From NCBI GenBank assembly GCA_021807565.1, contig JAKBCU010000003.1, forward strand, positions 1 to 44,408: a stretch of 44,408 bases of DNA, read 5' to 3'. Numbering within the stretch: the first letter of the stretch is position 1; each line of letters starts with the position of its first letter. Below are positions 30,225 to 38,562 of the stretch, piece by piece. The notes below the pieces were generated by a model, which was not told the origin of the DNA, ran no database searches, and was given only the letters and a program-made list of their open reading frames with translations. This DNA comes from Pseudomonadota bacterium. GTDB taxonomy: Bacteria; Pseudomonadota; Gammaproteobacteria; DSM-16500. The position numbers and the translations under genes are program-made.

Positions 30225-32939
30225 TCATTCTGGCTTATTAGATGAGGAAGGACTTGGCAGCACAGGTACACTGGCTTTTTGCTCAACCTGCCGTGAGGCG
30301 GGTTGATTTGAACGATTCATAGCAAACATGCCTATTCTTTGTTGTTGTGCATTCGCACCATATTTTGCGAGCTCTACACCTTGGCCAAAAAACATAGATT
30401 CTACCGCGCGGTCTGAGCTCGTATTGCCATTAAAAACGACGGAAGGAGTAGACGCCGTGGCTCTGTATTTAGCGGCCTCTACTTCTAACTCTGCCATTCT
30501 AATTTCCATATAATGTGGATTATCGATCAGCAACAACTTTGCTTTTGTCAGAACAGATTCCCCTTCTGCTTTGTGTTTTGCCGCTTCCATTTCAGCGCGC
30601 GCTTGGGCTACAAAAGCGTCTGCCTTAATTTTTTGTACGTCAGCTTCCGTTTGCGCTTTGATTTTTTGCACTTCAGCTTCTGCTTTTGCCGCGATCATTT
30701 GTGACATGGCTTTTGATTCAGCTTCTTGTTTCGCTTTTAACATTAATGAGGCAGTCTCGGATTCTGTTTTTAACTGCATGATTTTCGCAGCACTTTCTTG
30801 TGCCATTAATTGTTGTCTACTATCTCCTTGAACTTTTGAAATAGCCGTCGCATTTTGTGCCCCTTGTAAATCATATTGCGCTTCTGCTTGGCGAGTTTGC
30901 GCTGTGGCGCTTGCAAGACTCTGCTCCACATTTTTATCTTGAAAACCAATATCACTGATCGCAAACTCACGAATTTTAATACCCCAGCCTTGAGTATCTT
31001 GGCTTAATTTTTGCTGAACAGCAGAACACAGTTTACCTCGAAAATTATCTCCTTCTCCATGTGATTGGTCTCCAAATAATCGATGAGATGCCTCCGAATC
31101 GCGTCGTTTTTCCTCATGATGATGATCCAGTGTGATAATCGATAAGTCAGCAAGCGACATTTGTTGTCTTAAAATTGCATCGGCGCATTTTTCAAGTGAT
31201 ACCTTTAATGAATCCTGCCCCATACTTTTTATTAACTTTTCAGGATCAGTAATATTATAAGTCACTTGCCCTGTGACATGCATAGGCATGCGATCACGCG
31301 TTGTGACTTTTATTTCATGAAGCGGCATAATCACATCTTGTAATGGGATCGGTTCAGCTGCAACAGTCAGTGTCGGTGAAGTGAAATCATGCCTACCCTC
31401 AGACAGAATGCGCAAGGCACCATCCAAATTGATTGCGCGTGCCTCCCCTGATTTCACAATAACATGCGTAATATTACCAAATTGGATCACCTCTTTATTT
31501 GCTCGCTCACAGCGGTCAAAGATAAATTGTGGGTCTTCTCGATAATGTAGACCCGGTGCTAACTCGATCGCTTCACCTTTATCCCATGCATAACCTAATT
31601 CACCTTGGTTCACTCTGACAATCGTAATGGGCCCATGCTGAATCAGTTTATCATTTTCATTACAAAATTTTTCAAATTTAAATGACGTTGAACTGATTTT
31701 ATAAACACCTGCTTTGAGCATAACGGGTTTATTATCATTCCAAGCCAAACCTATTTCTCCCGCTTTCACTTGAATGACGTGTACCGTATTAAAATGAATA
31801 TGTTGTGAATTGGCATCCACTACATCTTCAATTTTAAAAGCACGATTATTTTTAATATGAACACCCGGTAATAATAATACAGGCTCTCTACCATTCATCG
31901 CACAACCTAATTGATTTTTTTCAAGACGTATTAGTGTAATCGTGTCATGTTCAAAAAAACTTTTGATGTCATTCTTTTCTTCTCTGAGCGATAAATTACG
32001 TACATCCAGCTTGCCGCGTAATTGAAAGGTAGGGTCTTCATAAATATGTAATCCGGGCAACAATAAAACCGGACTACGGTTTTTCCAAGCAAGCCCCAAC
32101 TCGTTTGGTAATACTCGAACAATAGAAATATTGCGAAACTGAATTTTTTCTTGCCTTGTATCAATAATATTTTTTTCTTCTAGTTTAAACAAGTTAGAAT
32201 TGTAGGCATGTGTTCCCGGTAATAAGACAATAGGTCGACCATTATCCTCAGCAAGGCCAATGGATCCAGGCCAAATACGCACAATCGTAATATTCCCTTC
32301 TTTGATCACATCGTCACTGGCTTGTCTTATGTTTCCCCACGTATGCCTAGGGTTAGCCAGATAATGAATACCGGGTGTGACATAAATTTCTGGTTGTCCT
32401 CCATTGTCAGAAAAATGAATTTCGCCTGGTTTAATATTTCTTGTTTTCGCATAGGCACCAAAAACCGCATGCCCCATCACAGAAGCGGCAACAGTCAATC
32501 CACGCACCACTCCACTCTTTTGTTCTGCCTTACCATTGACTGCTTTAAGTAAGTCATGTTCCGTTTGGGCATTGGCTTCATATATCCAAGGCAAGTTGTT
32601 GCCTCTTGCCCATTGAATGAACCCCACTTCTGATTGAGGTGCTAGAATCCACGAATTTGTCTGAATATCTGCAAATGAAATGAAGTCAGGCGGTAAATAA
32701 TTCACTCCATCACTTTTGACTTCCACCGACATCGATGGTAGTGAGGGGGACCTGGGCTGCACGGGCTCAATGGATTTTTCTTCTGTCGTTTTTAAAAAAT
32801 CCAGTTCTGATTCTAATCGAAGATTCGATGCAGGCTCATCCGGCATGGAACGTTCCGTATTTGCTTCGGAAGGATGTAAATGTAAAAGGGGTTCCTGAAG
32901 TGGATGATGACTGCTGTGCTTTACATCTTGGCGTTGCAT
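30225..32939 (-). CDS. Major-vault-protein (MVP)-like protein: about 8 tandem repeats of ~52-54 aa, an SPFH/shoulder-like domain and an Ala/Glu/Lys-rich cap-helix-like coiled coil
   Basis: 904 aa with an AAGGAG Shine-Dalgarno 6 nt before the ATG at 32939. Repeats of the form NITIVRIWPGSIGLAEDNGRPIVLLPGTHAY… recur six or more times with a 52-54 aa period. One repeat reads IVRVNQGELGYAW, which resembles MVP IIRQNQALRLRAR. The shoulder region PIPLQDVI…VTYNI…DPEKL…CADAILRQ…LDHHH…RLFG parallels MVP PDFFTDVI…LAYNWHF…DPQET…CKAIASR…FDDFH…AVFG. In the cap helix, AAKHKAEGESVLTKAKL resembles MVP AARIEGEGSVLQAKLKA. It has low-complexity Ser/Pro-rich termini. Confidence 0.65.
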   Translation of the reverse strand: MQRQDVKHSSHHPLQEPLLHLHPSEANTERSMPDEPASNLRLESELDFLKTTEEKSIEPVQPRSPSLPSMSVEVKSDGVNYLPPDFISFADIQTNSWILAPQSEVGFIQWARGNNLPWIYEANAQTEHDLLKAVNGKAEQKSGVVRGLTVAASVMGHAVFGAYAKTRNIKPGEIHFSDNGGQPEIYVTPGIHYLANPRHTWGNIRQASDDVIKEGNITIVRIWPGSIGLAEDNGRPIVLLPGTHAYNSNLFKLEEKNIIDTRQEKIQFRNISIVRVLPNELGLAWKNRSPVLLLPGLHIYEDPTFQLRGKLDVRNLSLREEKNDIKSFFEHDTITLIRLEKNQLGCAMNGREPVLLLPGVHIKNNRAFKIEDVVDANSQHIHFNTVHVIQVKAGEIGLAWNDNKPVMLKAGVYKISSTSFKFEKFCNENDKLIQHGPITIVRVNQGELGYAWDKGEAIELAPGLHYREDPQFIFDRCERANKEVIQFGNITHVIVKSGEARAINLDGALRILSEGRHDFTSPTLTVAAEPIPLQDVIMPLHEIKVTTRDRMPMHVTGQVTYNITDPEKLIKSMGQDSLKVSLEKCADAILRQQMSLADLSIITLDHHHEEKRRDSEASHRLFGDQSHGEGDNFRGKLCSAVQQKLSQDTQGWGIKIREFAISDIGFQDKNVEQSLASATAQTRQAEAQYDLQGAQNATAISKVQGDSRQQLMAQESAAKIMQLKTESETASLMLKAKQEAESKAMSQMIAAKAEAEVQKIKAQTEADVQKIKADAFVAQARAEMEAAKHKAEGESVLTKAKLLLIDNPHYMEIRMAELEVEAAKYRATASTPSVVFNGNTSSDRAVESMFFGQGVELAKYGANAQQQRIGMFAMNRSNQPASRQVEQKASVPVLPSPSSSNKPE

Positions 32940-33020
32940 ACTTGTCTCCTTGGTTATTTCTGATATTGTTTCTATTGGCCGCTTTCAATGTCGTATTCTA
33001 ACCAATTTGTATTAACCGCT

Positions 33021-33049
33021 AAATGACCAAATCATGACAATTTTGTCAT
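33021..33049. promoter_or_regulatory. Candidate operator in the cydA promoter region: TGACC-N6-TGACA direct repeat plus an ATGACAA-TT-TTGTCAT inverted repeat
   Basis: I read it directly: aaaTGACCaaatcaTGACAAttTTGTCAtttag, about 280 bp upstream of cydA, in the divergent intergenic region with the MVP-like gene. Confidence 0.3.
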
Positions 33050-33326
33050 TTAGATGGATAGGTTGGTGAATGAGATTAAATTGTATGCTGCAAGATAATT
33101 GGATATAATTCGTCATATCTAGGGTTCACTGAAACGAATGATATGAGGTTTTCGGTGTTTAAAAAGCGCTCTATCAGAAAAGAAATAGTATGGGTTCTTA
33201 TTATAAAGTGTCTGTTATTATATGCGCTGTGGTACTTTTGTTTTTCATCTCCTTTAGAAAAAAATCGCCTACCTTTTTATACTGCCCTCCACTTATTCAA
33301 CATCCATCTTAAACAGGAAACATCCT

Positions 33327-34850
33327 ATGATTGACTTTGATGTCGTACAACTTTCACGCTTACAGTTTGGCTTAACTGCTTTATATCATTTTCTTTTTGT
33401 TCCTTTAACATTGGGCATGTCAGCTTTGCTAGGGATCATGGAAACCATTTATTTTATGACCGGCAAAACCATTTGGCGCACAATGACTCAATTTTGGGGT
33501 ACTTTGTTTGGTATTAACTTTGCCATGGGAGTGGCCACAGGGATTACGATGGAATTCCAGTTCGGTACAAACTGGAGTTATTACTCTCATTACGTGGGTG
33601 ATATTTTTGGTGTACCTCTCGCCATTGAAGGATTAATGGCTTTCTTTTTAGAAGGCACGTTTATCGGTTTGTTTTTCTTTGGCTGGGATAGATTATCAAA
33701 AGGTGCCCATTTAATCGTAACCTGGTTGGTAGTACTGGGCTCTAATTTATCTGCTTTGTGGATTTTAATTGCCAACGGTTGGATGCAACATCCTGTCGGT
33801 GCTTACTTTAATTTCAAAACCATGCGCATGGAAGTGGAGAATTTTGCAGAAGTATTATTTAATCCCGTGGCACAAGCTAAGTTCGTGCATACCATCAGCG
33901 CAGGTTATGTCACTGGATCTGTTTTTATCTTGGCCATTAGTGCCTTTTATCTCTTACGAGGACGACATGTTGAATTAGCCAAACGATCTATGACCGTAGC
34001 AGCTGCCTTTGGTTTGGCTTCCGCCTTATCGGTCGTGGTCTTAGGTGATGAAAGTGGTTATCTCGCTAATTTGGATCAACGCATGAAAATCGCCGCCATC
34101 GAAGGAATGTGGGAAACGCAACCTGCCCCTGCCAGTTTTAATCTCATTGGTTTCCCAGATCAAGCGCATCATATCACGCGAGGTGAAGTAAAAATCCCTT
34201 ACTTATTGGGCTTAATTGCAACACGGTCGATTGACAAGCCCGTACTTGGCATCAATGAATTAGTCAATCAAACCCAAATCGGCATCGGCAATGGCATTAA
34301 AGCTTATCAAGCATTGCAAACCTTAACCGCCAATCCTCGTGATACAGCTGCACAAGAGGCTCTAACGACGTATGGAGATTATCTTGGATATGGCTTATTA
34401 CTCAAACGCTATACGGCTAATGTGGTCGATGCAACACCAGCCCAAATTGAGGCAGCCGCTTGGGATACAGTACCGAATGTACCGGTTCTTTTCTGGAGCT
34501 TTCGTCTCATGGTCGCCTGCGGCTTTTTCTTTATTTTATTGTTTTTCACCGCTCTGATGTTAAGTGCAAAACAAACCTTTAACCGCCGGTTCTTTTTATG
34601 GGTAGCGTTTCTAAGCTTTCCCTTGCCATGGCTCGCTGCAGAACTGGGATGGGTCGTAGCGGAGGTGGGCAGACAACCCTGGGTCATTGAAGGGATGTTG
34701 CCGACGTTTCTTGGCGCTTCTTCGCATAGCCGCGCTGCGCTTTATACCAGTATCACAGGATTTGTATTGTTATACTCACTATTAGCTGTGGTTGAAATTT
34801 ATTTGATGGTGAAATACATACGACTTGGACCAGAACATCAACCCGTATAA
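33327..34850 (+). CDS. cydA: Cytochrome bd ubiquinol oxidase subunit I
   Basis: It aligns along its length with E. coli CydA (…FHFLFVPLTLGM…GINFAMGVATGITMEFQFGTNWSYYSHYVGDIFGVPLAIEGLMAFFLE…). Confidence 0.92.
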   Translation: MIDFDVVQLSRLQFGLTALYHFLFVPLTLGMSALLGIMETIYFMTGKTIWRTMTQFWGTLFGINFAMGVATGITMEFQFGTNWSYYSHYVGDIFGVPLAIEGLMAFFLEGTFIGLFFFGWDRLSKGAHLIVTWLVVLGSNLSALWILIANGWMQHPVGAYFNFKTMRMEVENFAEVLFNPVAQAKFVHTISAGYVTGSVFILAISAFYLLRGRHVELAKRSMTVAAAFGLASALSVVVLGDESGYLANLDQRMKIAAIEGMWETQPAPASFNLIGFPDQAHHITRGEVKIPYLLGLIATRSIDKPVLGINELVNQTQIGIGNGIKAYQALQTLTANPRDTAAQEALTTYGDYLGYGLLLKRYTANVVDATPAQIEAAAWDTVPNVPVLFWSFRLMVACGFFFILLFFTALMLSAKQTFNRRFFLWVAFLSFPLPWLAAELGWVVAEVGRQPWVIEGMLPTFLGASSHSRAALYTSITGFVLLYSLLAVVEIYLMVKYIRLGPEHQPV

Positions 34851-34864
34851 GAGGAATCGCTGCA

Positions 34865-36013
34865 ATGACTATACCATTCGATTATCCTACGCTTCGCGTG
34901 ATTTGGTGGGGACTGTTGGGCATATTATTAATTGGTTTTGCCATTATGGATGGATTTGATTTAGGAATCGGAATACTGCTACATCGAGTAGCTCATACCA
35001 ATGATGAACGCCGTTTGGTATTAAATACCATTGGTCCTATTTGGGAAGGCAATCAAATCTGGTTGATTTTAGGTGCAGGCGCCATTTTTGCCGCATGGCC
35101 CGATGTCTATGCACTGGCGTTTTCGGGTTTTTATTTTGCAATGCTCATGGTATTACTCTCACTAATTTTACGCCCAGTGGGTTTTAAATACAGAAGCAAA
35201 GTTCACAATCAGCACTGGCGTGCCATCTGGGATATCTGTTTATTCATTAGCGGATTTGTTCCAGCATTGATTTTTGGCGTTGCAATAGGCAATGTATTAC
35301 AAGGCGTTCCTTTTTATTATGATTCATCACTTAATGTATTTTATACCGGTCATTTCGTTGGTTTATTAAATCCTTTTGCTCTACTCTGCGGGGTACTGAG
35401 CGTTTGCATGCTGTGCATGCACGGCGCAAATTTTCTCGCTATTAAAACCATGGATACCATTCAACAACGCGCAAAACAATGCGTTCATTACTTTGGATTA
35501 TTAACCCTGATGCTGTTTGCGATCGCTGGTATTTGGCTCATTTTGTTTGTACCAGGCTATGCAATAACCAGTCCTGCCGTATTGGATGGTCCCTCTAATC
35601 CGCTCATCAAAACCGTTATTCATCAGCCGAATGCTTGGCTATTGAATTACGTGAAGTATCCACTCACCCTGCTCGCTCCGATTTTGGGCTTTGCTGGATC
35701 GGCTTTAGTATTATGTTTAAATCGCACTCGATTCACTAAACTGACATGGCTAATGAGTGCCTGCTCCATCGCCGGCATCATTACTACGGCTGGCGTGAGT
35801 ATGTTTCCATTTATTTTGCCCTCATCCACTCATCCGAACATGAGCTTAGTAGTCTGGGATGCGTCATCGAGTCATCTCACGTTATTCATCATGCTCATTG
35901 CCACTATCCTATTTCTCCCATTCATTATCCTATATACCAGTTGGGTATATTATACGTTGCGTGGCAAAATCACCCCAGAATTTGTTAAACAAAATGAGAG
36001 TCATCTATATTAG
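34865..36013 (+). CDS. cydB: Cytochrome bd ubiquinol oxidase subunit II
   Basis: It closely resembles E. coli CydB (…FDLGIGIL…WDGNQVWLI…MFPFILPSST…WDASSS…). 382 aa. Confidence 0.92.
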   Translation: MTIPFDYPTLRVIWWGLLGILLIGFAIMDGFDLGIGILLHRVAHTNDERRLVLNTIGPIWEGNQIWLILGAGAIFAAWPDVYALAFSGFYFAMLMVLLSLILRPVGFKYRSKVHNQHWRAIWDICLFISGFVPALIFGVAIGNVLQGVPFYYDSSLNVFYTGHFVGLLNPFALLCGVLSVCMLCMHGANFLAIKTMDTIQQRAKQCVHYFGLLTLMLFAIAGIWLILFVPGYAITSPAVLDGPSNPLIKTVIHQPNAWLLNYVKYPLTLLAPILGFAGSALVLCLNRTRFTKLTWLMSACSIAGIITTAGVSMFPFILPSSTHPNMSLVVWDASSSHLTLFIMLIATILFLPFIILYTSWVYYTLRGKITPEFVKQNESHLY

Positions 36014-36014
36014 A

Positions 36015-36107
36015 GGAGGTTGTGATGTGGTATTTTTCCTGGATATTAGGTACGGCGTTCGCCTGTTCTTTTGCAATTTTATTTGCCTTATGGTTTGAGG
36101 TGAGAGA
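36015..36107 (+). CDS. cydX: Cytochrome bd oxidase small subunit CydX (30 aa)
   Basis: I translated it by hand: MWYFSWILGTAFACSFAILFALWFEVRDKH, against E. coli CydX MWYFAWILGTLLACSFGVITALA…. There is a GAGGAGG Shine-Dalgarno 5 nt upstream, and it starts 2 nt after the cydB stop. It is not in the ORF track because it is too short. Confidence 0.8.
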
Positions 36108-36161
36108 CAAACACTGATCTAACCCGCATTCACCTGGTGATTCTTCGCTATCGCATCGATC

Positions 36162-37739
36162 GTGCTGCGATACAGAATCGCATCAACAATAAAGTTAATG
36201 TATACTGCTCCGATGCGTCTATCATTTCTCGGAGCGCTAATGATCTTAAGCACAAATCGCAATAATGCATTACTATTAACAGCCATGATTGCTTGTTTTG
36301 CTATGATCTTCATTGATGAATCTGGCATTGCAGTGGCTCTACCACTGATTCAACAACAGCTTGCCTTAACAAACAACACAGCACATTGGGTCATCAATGC
36401 CTATCTATTAAGTCTGTCGGTTTTATTATTATTGGGTGGAAAATTATCAGATAGTTATGGGCAACGAACTATTTTCATCGTAGGAGTCTGTATTTTTGTT
36501 ATCGCTTCTTTTATTTGTGGCTGTGCACCCAATGCTTGGATATTAATTAGCGGATGTTTGTTACAAGGTCTGGGGGCGAGTTTTGCCACTCCCTGTATCA
36601 CCATACTGATTAGTCGTGGATTTCCCGAAAATCAGTTTGGCAAGGCATTTGGACTCGTATTAGGTTTTTCGAATTTCTTTTATGCTATCGGCCCTTTTAT
36701 TGGTGGTGCCATCACTGAGTTTCTCAGTTGGCGTTGGTTTTTCTGGATTAATATTCCGATTGGTTTGGTCTGCGTCATACTCACGTTTTTGTCTGTGGCT
36801 AAAGATACACTGACCGAACAACGTCATTTTTCTGATTTCATTGGGTTATTCACTTTTATTATTGCTCTCACCGCTCTCATTTTTGCCATCATGCAAGGAG
36901 CGAGTTGGGGTTGGCACAATAGTTGGATTATGAGCTTATTTGTGATTGCCATCGTTGGATTGAGTGTATCTGTTAAAATTGAGTTACAGAGTAAAACGCC
37001 TTTACTCAACATGCGTTTGTTTGAAAATAAAATCTTTTCAGCGAGCAATATTGTGTTATTTTGTGCATCCCTTTGTTTAACATCGATGGTATTTTGGGCG
37101 CTTTGGCTGCAAGCGAGTATGGGTTTTTCACCTGCCACAGTAGGGCTGGCATTGTTACCCGCAACGATCGCCTTCATCTTTATTCCATCAATCAGCGGCG
37201 CTTGGCAGGACAAAGCCGGTGCACGGGGACCCATGTTATGCGGCGCATTACTCGTCTTCATCGGTATACTTTGGATCACTTGCGTGTTATCGTTTGAAAA
37301 ATACGATGGGTTATTGCCAGGTTTATTGATGTTTGGTTTGGGTATCCCTTTGGTTATTCCAAGCAGCATCACGAGTATTATGACTTCTGTGACACGAGAA
37401 CATAGCGGAACGGCATCAGGCATTTTTAACACCGTTCGTCAGGCTGCACTAACAGCAGGTGTGGCGATATTGAGCGCCATCCTGAGCAGTTATAATACAA
37501 CGCATTTATCAGAAGTATTAGCCACTTCTTCAAACTACCACACTGTCACGGTGAATCAAGTAAACTGGTTACTTGTCGGAAAAAACACACTTTCTCAGCT
37601 TAATCCCTCACAAGTGAATTTTTTAAAACAAACCGGCGCAACGATTTATACGCATGCCTTAATCCAGGGCATGATTGTCATGACCTTAATTGCAGCTATC
37701 GCCAGCTTGGTCGTGTTACTCTATATTAAAAAACGTTGA
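36162..37739 (+). CDS. MFS transporter, DHA2-like 14-TMS drug/H+ antiporter family
   Basis: It is about 510-525 aa and polytopic, with a DHA2-type N-terminus (…MIFIDESGIAVALP…). The real start is probably the internal Met at MRLSF. Confidence 0.72.
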   Translation: MLRYRIASTIKLMYTAPMRLSFLGALMILSTNRNNALLLTAMIACFAMIFIDESGIAVALPLIQQQLALTNNTAHWVINAYLLSLSVLLLLGGKLSDSYGQRTIFIVGVCIFVIASFICGCAPNAWILISGCLLQGLGASFATPCITILISRGFPENQFGKAFGLVLGFSNFFYAIGPFIGGAITEFLSWRWFFWINIPIGLVCVILTFLSVAKDTLTEQRHFSDFIGLFTFIIALTALIFAIMQGASWGWHNSWIMSLFVIAIVGLSVSVKIELQSKTPLLNMRLFENKIFSASNIVLFCASLCLTSMVFWALWLQASMGFSPATVGLALLPATIAFIFIPSISGAWQDKAGARGPMLCGALLVFIGILWITCVLSFEKYDGLLPGLLMFGLGIPLVIPSSITSIMTSVTREHSGTASGIFNTVRQAALTAGVAILSAILSSYNTTHLSEVLATSSNYHTVTVNQVNWLLVGKNTLSQLNPSQVNFLKQTGATIYTHALIQGMIVMTLIAAIASLVVLLYIKKR

Positions 37740-37741
37740 TG

Positions 37742-38458
37742 TCATTTTTTGGATGAAGCGTGTGCTTTCTCAAGCGGTCTTGCCATCGCAAATTTTACAT
37801 TTTTTTTCCAATGAGAACCTTCTTTCCAAGCGTAGGCAGCCGGTTTACCCGTTTTAGGATTCACTTTCAGTAATAACGTACCGATCCCTATACCGGATGT
37901 ATGCGGCGGCCGGGTATCTTCACTATGACCGGTTGAAGCCGAATCCGCCACGCGCACTTGGAATGCATCCACATCTCGTGTGGGCTTATCCATCACCACC
38001 ATGACATGGCCGCCGCGTGCATGATGTGCCGAATTTTTATAGCGAAATACTAAAATATCGCCCGCTTGTAATTCTTTAACATGCGATACATTATCCCAAT
38101 AGCGTTTCGGTTTGTCCGTCAACTGGGTAAAAAAATGATAATAGTGAGCTGTATTGGGATGATCGGCGCCACTCGAGTTAACTAAACTCGAATAAGCACG
38201 AGGTGTCACTGCTCGCAACAAATGATCAACGTAACTTGAGCAATCAACCACATAGACGCCATGAGATGGGTCAAAGCGTTTGCCGCCAAATTGATAACTG
38301 CTATAGGTCAGATTGAATACCGTGTGATGAACAAACCCTACTAATCGTTTTTCTATAGACGAAACAAATTCGTTTGCTTGTTGATTACCATAGTCAGACC
38401 TAGCCAAAGAAAAAGGCGTCATAATAAACACTATGATGATCAATAGTATATGGCGCAT
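37742..38458 (-). CDS. Secreted NlpC/P60- or CHAP-like Cys/His hydrolase (putative peptidoglycan/peptide hydrolase)
   Basis: It has a signal peptide (MRHILLIIIVFIMTPFSLA). A Cys motif YVVDCSSYVDHLL resembles FDCSGFV, and a His motif AGDILVFRY…GGHVMVVMD resembles GDLVFF…HVGIY. Confidence 0.5.
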   Translation of the reverse strand: MRHILLIIIVFIMTPFSLARSDYGNQQANEFVSSIEKRLVGFVHHTVFNLTYSSYQFGGKRFDPSHGVYVVDCSSYVDHLLRAVTPRAYSSLVNSSGADHPNTAHYYHFFTQLTDKPKRYWDNVSHVKELQAGDILVFRYKNSAHHARGGHVMVVMDKPTRDVDAFQVRVADSASTGHSEDTRPPHTSGIGIGTLLLKVNPKTGKPAAYAWKEGSHWKKNVKFAMARPLEKAHASSKK

Positions 38459-38562
38459 AAAAATCGTCCCATTATTATTCTATCCCAACCGTGTATTCTA
38501 CCTGATAATGACTGACTTATTAAGTCACGCCTTAATTTTGGTCAAAATGTTGCCTCGCATGA

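Noticed and set aside
30328-30831. 61-86 aa plus-strand ORFs (one Cys/Phe-rich, one Ala/Ser-rich)
   Set aside because: They are antisense to the Ala/Glu/Lys-rich coiled-coil region of the MVP-like gene. Repetitive GCN/GAA codons on the coding strand generate open frames on the opposite strand.
36824-37432. 202-aa minus-strand ORF
   Set aside because: It lies entirely inside the well-supported 14-TMS MFS transporter gene on the other strand. It has no recognisable motif and is an antisense artefact.
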